A stretch of 64,000 bases of DNA, taken from Clostridiales bacterium (GTDB taxonomy: Bacteria; Bacillota; Clostridia; Oscillospirales; Oscillospiraceae). The DNA lies in NCBI GenBank assembly GCA_012719235.1, contig JAAYAR010000066.1, positions 1,400 through 65,399 of the forward strand. Reading direction: 5' to 3'. A model generated the notes under the pieces. It was not told the DNA's origin, did no database searches, and saw only the letters and a list, made by a program, of their open reading frames with translations. A program made the position numbers and the translations under genes. How positions within the stretch are numbered: the stretch's first letter is position 1; the number at the start of each line of letters is the position of its first letter. Shown one piece after another: positions 44,330-52,129 of the stretch.

Positions 44330-44565
44330 CGGATTCCGATTGCGGGGCCGCCGGAACCCAATTGATTCGCGACGCGGGGCCCGCGCGCGAAAAAGCAGGC
44401 TACAGCACAGGATAATGCCGACAGCCTTATTCTTGACAGGAGCAAGGCACAATATAGGTGAGCGTCAGGCGCTTTCGGCGAACGCCGGCAAACTGCGCCC
44501 GGATCGTCTTCGGCCTATGGGTGTGCCGCTACTACTGCCAGCGTCCATCAACTTTCACCTCATTT
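44330..44565 (-). ncRNA. Candidate M-box (ykoK) Mg2+ riboswitch leader of mgtE
   Basis: The minus strand contains GAGGTGAAAG...ACGCTGGC...CACCCATAGGCCGAAGACGATCCGGGCGCAG...CCTGTGCTGTAGCC. This resembles the M-box core segments GGUGAGG / ACGCUGCUGCCC / GUCCAAAGACGCUAAUGGGUCAACAG / ACAGUGCUAAAGC. The position in front of mgtE is canonical. Compared from memory only. Confidence 0.4.
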
Positions 44566-44608
44566 CAAAATCAGAACAAAACCCACGCGCCGAAACGGCG
44601 CGCGGGTT
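44566..44608 (-). terminator. Strong intrinsic terminator ending the upstream non-coding transcript
   Basis: Minus strand: AACCCGCGCGCCG-ttt-CGGCGCGTGGGTT followed by TTTGTTCTGATTTT. Confidence 0.75.
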
Positions 44609-44825
44609 CTACCCAACACAGCGCACCGTTTGAACTTCAGCATCGCAGGGCAATGAAATCGCGTTAGACGGCGCCTTGTGCTTCGACGTCGCCTGCTCAA
44701 ACCATCTGCCGGTGTCTCCACCGGTTCGCGGCAGCGATCCGTATCCCTTGCGGTAGCCTTGTCTACCGGGATTGTTCAATTGTCCTGCGGGACAAGCGGC
44801 TGCCGGCCGGATGCCCCGTCTTTAC
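44570..44825 (-). ncRNA. Unclassified structured RNA candidate (about 255 nt, bounded by promoter and terminator)
   Basis: There is no RBS-preceded ORF. Nested helices are visible by eye: AGACGGGGC/GCGCCGTCT, CGGCAGC/GCTGCCG, TTGTCC-cgca-GGACAA, ATCCC[GGTAG-acaagg-CTACC]gcaaGGGAT and CCGGTG-GAGA-CACCGG. Confidence 0.4.
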
Positions 44826-44831
44826 TAAACA

Positions 44832-44860
44832 ATTCTAGCATCACACTCAGTATATGTCAA
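44832..44860 (-). promoter_or_regulatory. Near-consensus sigma-70 promoter with extended -10
   Basis: Minus strand: TTGACA (44860-44855), 17 nt, TGcTAGAAT (44840-44832). The -35 overlaps the TGA stop (44857-44859) of the isomerase gene. Confidence 0.6.
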
Positions 44861-45582
44861 GAATACGCCTTTGTGCGCCCGTCGTCCGCCTTCAGGCAGG
44901 GAACAAGCCTTGTGTATTCGTTGCACAGCGGGTGAAGCGGCGGTTCATCCTCTTCGATCCTGGCAAAACGCGGATAGCTCTCCGTGAAATAATTGTCGGT
45001 ACGGTCATCGTTGACGGATGAGACCTCGCCGCATATGAGCGGGCCGCACCCGGTCTTTGCGCCGAACACGTGATACATCCCGGGGACCAGGCGGACGCTC
45101 TGTCCGGGAAGGACGTCAAACGGTTCCCCGGCTGCGACCGTGCGGACAAGGCCGTCGGAGCGCACGCGCACGACTCCGTTCATATTCGGTCCGCCGCCCG
45201 GCAGGCTGTTCCACAGGCGCACGCGCATGACGCCGCCCGCCCTGTTGATTATGTCCTCCGTTTTTACTTTATGGCAGTGGCAGGGGAGGTACTGGCCCTC
45301 ATCCAGGATGATATACTTTTCGGCGTAAGGGGAGCCTATCTCCGGGTGCGCCAGCACGCCGTTGCGGACAGTGAACAGGACCGCACCGCATTCTTCGAAC
45401 CTGCCCGTGCCGTAGTCGGTCACATCCCATCCGAGCATTGCCGAGCGGATCTCGTCGGTCTCGGCGGCATGCCTGTTCCACTCGGCAAGTGACCAATACG
45501 CGAATGCGGGAAGAGTAATATGGTACTGTCTGAGCAGCCCGATCGATTTGACAATCTGATTATTGATCTGTGATCTCTTCAT
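44857..45582 (-). CDS. D-lyxose/D-mannose ketol-isomerase family cupin
   Basis: YIILDEGQYLPCHCHKVKTEDIINRAGG...PGMYHVFGA matches the YdaE-type lyxose isomerase pattern. The ATG at 45582 follows AAGGAG. The longer frame reaching 45834 is rejected. Confidence 0.8.
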   Translation of the reverse strand: MKRSQINNQIVKSIGLLRQYHITLPAFAYWSLAEWNRHAAETDEIRSAMLGWDVTDYGTGRFEECGAVLFTVRNGVLAHPEIGSPYAEKYIILDEGQYLPCHCHKVKTEDIINRAGGVMRVRLWNSLPGGGPNMNGVVRVRSDGLVRTVAAGEPFDVLPGQSVRLVPGMYHVFGAKTGCGPLICGEVSSVNDDRTDNYFTESYPRFARIEEDEPPLHPLCNEYTRLVPCLKADDGRTKAYS

Positions 45583-45824
45583 TATTTGCGCGCTCCTTAA
45601 AGCCTTCGTTAATTTCACGGGATGTGAAAAGCATATGTTCCGGACAGCCGTGAGGACTCTGCCCCTGAAGAGCCGTATAACACGGAGTATTATACGGCGT
45701 CCGGGGGGAAAGGGCAAGTTTTTGCCGCCCGGGCGGTCGTGATCTGTCGAAAGCAGGGATTTCCCGGCGATGTTGATTCTCCCGCGCAGCAATGTTAAAC
45801 TGTTGCGGAACAGGAGGGTTAATA

Positions 45825-46535
45825 TTGAAACCACGAAATCACCGCATGAGGGCGCTGGCCGCGGCTTTTCCGTATACAGTTCCGATATTTGCAGGCTTTT
45901 GGTTTCTCGGACTTACATACGGAATTTATATGAACGTGTCCGGGTTCGGCTTCTGGTATCCGATGCTGATGAGCCTCACGATATTCGCAGGATCGGTCGA
46001 ATTTGTAACAGTAAATATGCTTCTCGGCGCGTTCAACCCCGTTCAGGCGCTGGCGATGACGCTGATGGTCAACGCAAGGCATATATTCTACGGAATATCG
46101 ATGCTCGACAAGTATAACACGGCGGGCCTGAAGAGGATATACATGATATTCGGAATGTGCGACGAGAGCTTTTCGATAAACTACACCGCAAAGATACCGG
46201 AGGATGTCGACAGGGGATGGTTCATGTTTTTCGTCACGCTGCTCAATCACTTCTACTGGTTTTCCGGCTCGACTCTGGGCGGCCTTTTCGGCTCGATAGT
46301 CACCTTCAACACGGAGGGGATCGGCTTCGTGATGACCGCGATGTTTACGGTCATATTTATCGAACAGTGGCTGAAGGATAAAAATCATCTGAGCGCTCTG
46401 TTGGGGCTTGCGCTGTCGCTGCTGTGTCTTTTCGTTTTCGGCCCGGGGAAATTTGTCGTTCCTTCGATGCTCGCCATACTCGGTGTGCTGACCCTCCTGC
46501 GAAAACCGATAGAGAAAGCCGGTGAGCAGGCATGA
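45825..46535 (+). CDS. azlC: AzlC-family branched-chain amino acid exporter subunit
   Basis: Multi-TM protein with [20 protein letters not shown] and ARHIFYG. The TTG at 45825 follows CAGGAGGG. The ATG at 45846 is an alternative start. Confidence 0.85.
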   Translation: MKPRNHRMRALAAAFPYTVPIFAGFWFLGLTYGIYMNVSGFGFWYPMLMSLTIFAGSVEFVTVNMLLGAFNPVQALAMTLMVNARHIFYGISMLDKYNTAGLKRIYMIFGMCDESFSINYTAKIPEDVDRGWFMFFVTLLNHFYWFSGSTLGGLFGSIVTFNTEGIGFVMTAMFTVIFIEQWLKDKNHLSALLGLALSLLCLFVFGPGKFVVPSMLAILGVLTLLRKPIEKAGEQA

Positions 46536-46858
46536 CGACGGCGCAGGAGATCGTTACGATCGGTATGGTGGTTCTGGGGACGGTCATTACTCGCTTTTTG
46601 CCTTTCTGGGTTTTTCCTCCGGGAAAAAAGACGCCGGCCTACGTGAGCTTCCTGGGCAAGGTGCTTCCTGCCGCGGTGTTCGGCCTTCTTGTTGTCTACA
46701 GCGTCAAGGACGTCGAAATACTTACGGGGACCCATGCTGTCCCCGAGCTCATATCAATTGCGGCAGTCACCCTGCTCCATCTGTGGAAGCGCAGGATGCT
46801 GCTGTCGATCGCAGGCGGTACCGTATGCTATATGCTGCTCGTGCAGTTTGTGTTCTGA
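46532..46858 (+). CDS. azlD: AzlD-family branched-chain amino acid transport protein
   Basis: 108 aa with 3-4 TM helices. The start overlaps the azlC stop. Confidence 0.85.
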   Translation: MTTAQEIVTIGMVVLGTVITRFLPFWVFPPGKKTPAYVSFLGKVLPAAVFGLLVVYSVKDVEILTGTHAVPELISIAAVTLLHLWKRRMLLSIAGGTVCYMLLVQFVF

Positions 46859-47050
46859 TAGGTCCGCCCGGGTAATAAAGTATATACGTGTGCTGAAATG
46901 AGGTGCGGCTGTAAGCGATTGTTTGCTTATGCCGCACCTCTGAGCGTTTCAACGAACGCTTGTACTTTGACACGGAACGGGGAGAGGCCTCGCCGCTGCG
47001 GGGCTCGGAAGGAAAGCAGCCGGGAGAAAGCGGGAAACACCCGAGCGTTG

Positions 47051-47092
47051 AATAAATTAATTATGACTTACTAAAATTCAATAAATTAATTA
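47051..47092 (+). repeat. 13-bp direct repeat AATAAATTAATTA (two copies) upstream of the DUF2089 operon promoter
   Basis: Copies at 47051-47063 and 47080-47092, with starts 29 bp apart, just upstream of the -35 at 47111. Confidence 0.7.
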
Positions 47093-47110
47093 ACAATATT
47101 AATTTTACTA

Positions 47111-47139
47111 TTGACAAAATAAAAGAAGTCGTATATATT
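47111..47139 (+). promoter_or_regulatory. Sigma-70-type promoter for the DUF2089 operon
   Basis: TTGACA, 17 nt, TATATT. Confidence 0.5.
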
Positions 47140-47169
47140 CATGCTATCATTAGACAGGACGGTGAAAGC

Positions 47170-47574
47170 ATGAAGTATAAAGCGCCCGGGAAGTGCCCTG
47201 TGTGCGGGGAACGCCTGTCCATTACGAAACTCGGCTGCCCGAAATGCTCGACGTTGATAGAGGGGGATTTCCAGCCCTGTGAGTTCTGCCGCCTTCCTGA
47301 GGAGGACCTCGAGTTTCTGAAGGTATTTGTCAAGAACCGCGGCAGCATAAAGGACGTTGAAAGGGAACTGGGGATATCATACCCCACCGTTCGCGGCAGG
47401 CTGGACGCGCTCATCAGGAGCCTGGGATACGATGCGGTCGGAAAAGAGACTCAGCAGGATACCCGAACGGAGGAGGCCGCGAGGTCTGAGATAATCGAGA
47501 AGCTGTCAAAGGGAGAGATATCCGCCAAAGAAGCGGCTCAGAAATTAAAAAATCTACAAATACCGGAGGCATGA
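47170..47574 (+). CDS. DUF2089-family protein (zinc ribbon plus HTH)
   Basis: CPVCGERLSITKLGCPKCSTLIEGDF..CEFC is followed by DLEFLKVFVKNRGSIKDVERELGISYPTVRGRLD. Confidence 0.85.
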   Translation: MKYKAPGKCPVCGERLSITKLGCPKCSTLIEGDFQPCEFCRLPEEDLEFLKVFVKNRGSIKDVERELGISYPTVRGRLDALIRSLGYDAVGKETQQDTRTEEAARSEIIEKLSKGEISAKEAAQKLKNLQIPEA

Positions 47575-47577
47575 AAA

Positions 47578-48024
47578 ATGAGTGACCAGCTGAAGATCCT
47601 TGAAATGATCGAAAAAGGCCGGATCACCGCAGCGGAGGGCATGGAACTGCTGGAGGCCCTTAAAGCGTCCGGCAGCGGAGAGGAGCCCTCAAGAGCGGAA
47701 ACCCTTCCCGCGGGAAACAGGCGAACGTACAAGTTCCTGAGGATAAAAGTCACGTCTGACAACAAATCGGTCAACGTGAACGTGAACATCCCCATAAGGC
47801 TCCTCTCGGCTGTTGGAGAGATTGCGGGCAAGATCTCGTCCTTTGTTCCGAAGGATGCCAGGGAAAAGATGGAGAGCGGGGGCGTAAACCTGTCTGAGAT
47901 CGATTTCAGTAAAATTATCGACGAATTGCTCAGCGGCACGCTCGACGATCCGACTATCGTGGACGTGAGTGCCTGGGATGAAGAGCACAACTCCATGATA
48001 TACGTCAAGATCTATGTCGAGTAG
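47578..48024 (+). CDS. SHOCT-like domain protein
   Basis: The N-terminus is ILEMIEKGRITAAEGMELLEALK. The C-terminal domain is YKFLRIKVTSDNKSVNVNVNIPIRLL... Confidence 0.75.
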   Translation: MSDQLKILEMIEKGRITAAEGMELLEALKASGSGEEPSRAETLPAGNRRTYKFLRIKVTSDNKSVNVNVNIPIRLLSAVGEIAGKISSFVPKDAREKMESGGVNLSEIDFSKIIDELLSGTLDDPTIVDVSAWDEEHNSMIYVKIYVE

Positions 48025-48325
48025 GGTAATTCGGATCCTGTGGGTCAAAGTACGAACCGATCCGAAGAACGGGGGAGGTCTGCGCCTGAACTTTCCGATA
48101 TCACTGAACGTGCTGCTGGAACTGCTCGACTGTTTCGGTGATATCGCGGCCGTACTGGGTGTTTTTACCCGGCCAGGCCCCGCATCCCAGCGCTTTACGG
48201 TCCGTACGCTCAAAGAACTGTTTGCAATGCTGACTGAGCTGGTCGCCTCTGTAGCGGATAAGGAGCCGTACGATCTGGCAGAGGTTTCGGACGGCAATGT
48301 GCTTGTATCAATAAGGGTCAGGTAG
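48014..48325 (+). CDS. Hypothetical protein, paralogous to the C-terminal domain of the preceding gene
   Basis: RILWVKVRTDPKNGGGLRLNFPISLNVLLELL... aligns with FLRIKVTSDNKSVNVNVNIPIRLLSAVGEI... The ATG overlaps the upstream stop. Confidence 0.65.
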   Translation: MSSRVIRILWVKVRTDPKNGGGLRLNFPISLNVLLELLDCFGDIAAVLGVFTRPGPASQRFTVRTLKELFAMLTELVASVADKEPYDLAEVSDGNVLVSIRVR

Positions 48326-48330
48326 TCAGG

Positions 48331-48687
48331 GTGAAGAGTGTGAAATTCATTATAAAGTACGTTATCATTGTTCTTGCGATATTCCTCACTGCAGTCATTG
48401 TTGACGCCGCATACGTCGGGAGCCTGTTCTCGCTCCTTGCATTCGGGGTCATTCTGCTTATCGTCAATCTGATCGTCAGGCCTATCCTGTTGATAATCGC
48501 GCTGCCGCTGAACATTATCACATTCGGGCTGTTCAGCTTCGTTGTCAACACGATTACGATCATGATCGCCGACGGATTTGTGAGGGGAGTCCATATGGGA
48601 GGGTTTCTGCCCTCACTTTTGGCAGCGGTCATAATATCGGTGTTTCAGTGGCTGCTGACCGGCACAAAATGCAAATCTGCGAGATAA
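48331..48687 (+). CDS. Phage-holin-family-4 / DUF360 membrane protein (YvlD-like)
   Basis: Four TM segments, with NLIVRPILLIIALPLNIITFGLFSFVVNTITIMIAD. Confidence 0.8.
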   Translation: MKSVKFIIKYVIIVLAIFLTAVIVDAAYVGSLFSLLAFGVILLIVNLIVRPILLIIALPLNIITFGLFSFVVNTITIMIADGFVRGVHMGGFLPSLLAAVIISVFQWLLTGTKCKSAR

Positions 48688-48698
48688 ACGGCCGAATT

Positions 48699-48746
48699 AA
48701 AGGGCTTGCCGCACCGCCTAAACGAACGGATCGGCAAGCCCTTTTT
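48699..48746. terminator. Bidirectional hairpin between the holin-like gene and the flavodiiron gene
   Basis: AAAGGGCTTGCCG-loop-CGGCAAGCCCTTT-TTACATTTT. Confidence 0.7.
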
Positions 48747-48778
48747 ACATTTTCGGGATGAGAGAGGCGGCGCGGCTT

Positions 48779-49981
48779 TTATTGAGCGGCGGCCTGCCCC
48801 GCGGCGATCTTCTTTCCGAATTCGTGCGCCTTGTCCAGAGCATCGCCGTCCGGGTTCCACATGTTCCTGAATCCCGGGTCTATCAGTCTGAATCCCGCGT
48901 CCTGAAGCAGTTTGTTCAGTTCTCCGACGCCCTCGCCGCTCCAGCCGTAACAGCCGAACGCGGCGGCGCTTTTATTCCGGAACTTCAGTTCTTTTACAAG
49001 ATGCAGAAATCCGGCGATTGAGTGAAGTATGCTCCTTGATATCGTCGGCGAGCCGATGACGACGGTCTTCGATCTGAACACCTCGGTAATCACGTCGTTT
49101 ACGTCGCTTTTTGTGATGTTGAACACCTTGACCGCGACCTTGGGGTCGGCCGATCTTATGCCTTCCGCTATCGTATCGGCGAGTGTCCTGGTGCCGTTCC
49201 ACATGGTGTCGTATACAACAGTGATCTGGTCCTCCTGATAGTCCGCAGCCCATTCGGCATACTTTTTGACTATCTGCATCGGATCGTCGCGCCAGATGAC
49301 CCCGTGACTCGTCGCTATCATATCTATCTGCAGGTTTAAAGACGCTATCTCGTCAAGCTTTCTGCGCAGCATCGGACTGAACGGGTTGATAATATTGGCG
49401 AAATACTTCATGGCCTCGTACATCAGGACATTCTGATCCACCCCGTCGTTGAAAAGGGCTATATTCGCGTAATGCTGCCCGAAAGCGTCATTGCTGAACA
49501 GTATATTGTCCCCTGTGAGATAAGCGGCCATGCTGTCAGGCCAGTGGAGCATCGGCATTTCTACGAAGATAAGCTCTTTGCCGTTTCCCACGCTGAGCCT
49601 GTCGCCTGTCTTTACCACGTTGAAGTTCCAGTCCCTGTGATACTGGCCCTTCAAAGACTTCACCGCGTTCGCCGAGCAGTAGATGGGAGTGTCGGGGATC
49701 TGCTCCATCAGGAGGGGGAGCGATCCGCTGTGATCGACCTCGCCGTGGTTTGCGATAATATAGTCAATAGAGTCAAGCCTGACCTCTTCGCTCAGGTTGC
49801 CGACGAACTCCTTCGCATACGGAGCCCACACCGTATCGATGAGCACGGTCTTTTCCTCTTTTACCAGGTACGAATTGTATGTCGAGCCGCTGTTCGTTGA
49901 CAGTTCGTCTCCGTGAAACCTCCGGAGCTCCCAGTCGACCTTCCCGACCCAATAAGTGTTGTTCTTGAGCAGTTTCTTCAT
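48779..49981 (-). CDS. Flavodiiron protein (FprA-type: MBL-like di-iron domain plus flavodoxin domain)
   Basis: MKKLLKNNTYWVGKVDWELRRFHG, YNSYLV, ANHGEVDHSG, and a C-terminal flavodoxin region (VVIGSPTISRS, FGCYGWSGEG). The ATG at 49981 follows AAGGGG. The 122-codon upstream extension is rejected. Confidence 0.9.
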   Translation of the reverse strand: MKKLLKNNTYWVGKVDWELRRFHGDELSTNSGSTYNSYLVKEEKTVLIDTVWAPYAKEFVGNLSEEVRLDSIDYIIANHGEVDHSGSLPLLMEQIPDTPIYCSANAVKSLKGQYHRDWNFNVVKTGDRLSVGNGKELIFVEMPMLHWPDSMAAYLTGDNILFSNDAFGQHYANIALFNDGVDQNVLMYEAMKYFANIINPFSPMLRRKLDEIASLNLQIDMIATSHGVIWRDDPMQIVKKYAEWAADYQEDQITVVYDTMWNGTRTLADTIAEGIRSADPKVAVKVFNITKSDVNDVITEVFRSKTVVIGSPTISRSILHSIAGFLHLVKELKFRNKSAAAFGCYGWSGEGVGELNKLLQDAGFRLIDPGFRNMWNPDGDALDKAHEFGKKIAAGQAAAQ

Positions 49982-50212
49982 TGAGCTATACCCCTTTCTT
50001 CGGCTCGCGCCGCTTTGCGCCCGAGCATTCGCCGATCTCATTATAGTTGCCCCCGGGAGTTCAGTCAATGCGCCGCGCAGGTGAAAAACGGCAGTAAACT
50101 GTGATACGTTCGTATTTATGTCCGCTCCGAAATGTGGTATGCTGTCATTGATATCCTCGGGAAGCGAACCATCCGGCGAGGAACCGGTTTTTTCGCGGAA
50201 GGGCGGTTTTGT

Positions 50213-51232
50213 ATGTGGTATCTGATAATCCCTGCGGCAGCGGCGGCGATCATCCTCGGGGCTGCCTATGCCGTATACCTCGCCGCATTTCGCTGCGGCG
50301 CAAAATATTGTTCGGGACTTCGTGATGTCCGCGATACCGAGCAGCACAGGCCGTACAGGGAAGCTATTCTTGCTCTTGTCGACGAGCAGGCATCAAGACC
50401 GTATGAGCCGGTCGGGATAATATCCCGGGACGGCCTGAGGCTGTTCGGCAAGTATTACCATAATGCGGACGGGGCGCCTTTGCAGATAATGTTCCACGGG
50501 TACCGCAGCTCTGCCGACAGAAACTTCTGCGGCGGCATGAAATTGTGCCTGGAGCTTGGATGCAACGCGCTGCTTGTAGATCAAAGGGCGCACGGTCAAA
50601 GCGAAGGGCGCACTCTGACGCTGGGAATAAAAGAGCGGTACGACTGCTGCGACTGGGTGGATTACGCCGTGAAAAGGTTCGGCAGTGACGTAAAGATAAT
50701 CCTCAGCGGTATATCGATGGGGGCGGCGACTGTTCTGATGGCTTCGGACCTGCTGCCCGACAATGTTGTCGGGATCATCGCGGACAGCGGGTACACTTCA
50801 CCGGAAGCTATCGTTAAGAAAGTGCTTCGCGACAACAAGCTGCCGGTCCGGTCCTCGTATCTGCTCGTGAGGCTTGCGGCAAAGATATTCGGGCGTTTTG
50901 ATACGCGGGAGAGCCGGGCGGTCGATTCGCTTTCGCGCAGTAAGATACCGGTCCTTCTGATCCACGGTGAGGCAGACCGTTTTGTGCCGTGCAGCATGGC
51001 GCTTGAGAACTACAACGCCTGCGCGGGAAAGAAACGCATTTTCACGGTACCCGGCGCAGGGCACGGTCTGAGTTACTTCGGAGATACTGCCGGCTACAGT
51101 AGAGTTGTAAGGGAGTTCGTTGCGGACTCGCTGCGCGGCGGCGCAGCCGCGGACCGAGATCCCGGAGGCCGCGCCGGGGCTGGCCGAGCGGCGGCAAGCT
51201 TCCGCCGGGTAGAAATATCGGCAGATTCGTAA
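50213..51232 (+). CDS. Alpha/beta hydrolase with N-terminal TM anchor
   Basis: TM segment MWYLIIPAAAAAIILGAAYAVYLAAF, the nucleophile elbow GISMGAA (GxSxG), LIHGEADRFV and GAGHG. Confidence 0.8.
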   Translation: MWYLIIPAAAAAIILGAAYAVYLAAFRCGAKYCSGLRDVRDTEQHRPYREAILALVDEQASRPYEPVGIISRDGLRLFGKYYHNADGAPLQIMFHGYRSSADRNFCGGMKLCLELGCNALLVDQRAHGQSEGRTLTLGIKERYDCCDWVDYAVKRFGSDVKIILSGISMGAATVLMASDLLPDNVVGIIADSGYTSPEAIVKKVLRDNKLPVRSSYLLVRLAAKIFGRFDTRESRAVDSLSRSKIPVLLIHGEADRFVPCSMALENYNACAGKKRIFTVPGAGHGLSYFGDTAGYSRVVREFVADSLRGGAAADRDPGGRAGAGRAAASFRRVEISADS

Positions 51233-51285
51233 GCTCGTGACTATGCATTTCCGCTCCGCTTGCCGGTCAAACGCCTGTATGCCCC

Positions 51286-51918
51286 TTACTGAGATCCGAT
51301 TTTGCGATACGCTCCGGGGAACGCATGGTTGACGCTCTGCACTTCCTCGGCAAATTCCCGCTGGCTTTCCGTAACCTGAGTCAGGGAATCGGCCTTCTCC
51401 TGCGAATCCACGACGATCCCGGGGGGTACAAAACTGTTCGGCTTCAGTACGACGCCGCCGGTGACAAGGGCATTGTGGGATATAAAGCAGCCCTCTCCGA
51501 CGGACGCGTTGTAGACTGTCGCGTGAAACCCCACAAAAGAGTTATCCCCGATCTTGCACGGGCCGTGAATTATGCAGCCGTGCGCGCAGCTGACGTTTTT
51601 GCCTATGTATATCGAGTACTCTATTCCGTCATGGGTCACTCTGCCGTGAGCAAGGCCGTGAAGGACCGCTCCGTCCTGCAAATTCGTGCCGGAATCGATA
51701 TAAAACGGGAAACCTTCGTCAGCCCGGATACTTACAAGCGGGGCGATATAGACGTTCCCAGCGACAGTGACGTCTCCTATCACGGCGCACAGGGGGCTGA
51801 CGTGGGCCGAAGGATCAATTTTCGGCGCGCGGCTCTCGGGCGTAAAGGGCGTGACGGGATTGGGCATGATATGAAGGGCCTGTCCTGGCCCCTTATTTCC
51901 GCTTTGATCAATGCTCAT
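51286..51918 (-). CDS. Cam-type gamma-class carbonic anhydrase / left-handed beta-helix protein
   Basis: PKIDPSAHVSPLCAVIGDVTVAGNVYIAPLVSIRADEGFPFYIDSGTNLQDGAVLHGL...IYIGKNVSCAHGCIIHGP aligns closely with Methanosarcina Cam as I recall it. Confidence 0.8.
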   Translation of the reverse strand: MSIDQSGNKGPGQALHIMPNPVTPFTPESRAPKIDPSAHVSPLCAVIGDVTVAGNVYIAPLVSIRADEGFPFYIDSGTNLQDGAVLHGLAHGRVTHDGIEYSIYIGKNVSCAHGCIIHGPCKIGDNSFVGFHATVYNASVGEGCFISHNALVTGGVVLKPNSFVPPGIVVDSQEKADSLTQVTESQREFAEEVQSVNHAFPGAYRKIGSQ

Positions 51919-52062
51919 TGTTCTGCTCCTGTCGTATGTTTATCATATATCATATATAAATACTTATAGAAAGATTTTGCTGCCTGAATGAGAATACCAC
52001 GCAAGCCGGCGCAGGTAAACGTAAACTTATCTCATAGTTATCCGTTCGCCGTATATTGCATA

Positions 52063-52100
52063 GAAGGGCCCGGAACTGCCTGACGGTTCCGGGCCCTTTC
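52063..52100. terminator. Hairpin downstream of the URO-D-like gene 2
   Basis: GAAGGGCCCGGAAC-loop-GTTCCGGGCCCTTTC. Confidence 0.5.
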
Positions 52101-52129
52101 CTAAATGCGTCAGTTTAGGGTTCCGGGGC

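Noticed and set aside
44570-44825. Assigning the structured RNA to a known class: cobalamin, lysine, T-box, c-di-AMP, ZTP, guanidine-I, SRP, 6S or RNase P.
   Set aside because: Only short partial resemblances were found, such as AAGGGA...GCTGCCGCGAAC against the B12 core and GTCGAAGC against the L-box GCCGAAG. The order of the elements and the key boxes do not match. I left it unclassified rather than naming a family.
44678-44935. An 85-aa plus-strand ORF and other small frames inside the ncRNA/M-box region (44292-44667).
   Set aside because: They have no RBS, are Arg/Ser/Cys-rich and cross terminator stems. The region is better explained as structured RNA on the minus strand.
49982-50347. 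N-terminal extensions of the longest ORFs: fprA to 50347, the lyxose isomerase to 45834, mgtE to 44445, URO-D copy 2 to 53281, LysR to 32326, dusB to 5469, U32 to 21545, the GRE to 19361 and SBP copy 3 to 55647.
   Set aside because: In each case an internal ATG, preceded by a GGAGG-like RBS, gives the canonical family N-terminus. The extensions are low-complexity and run into promoter or terminator DNA.
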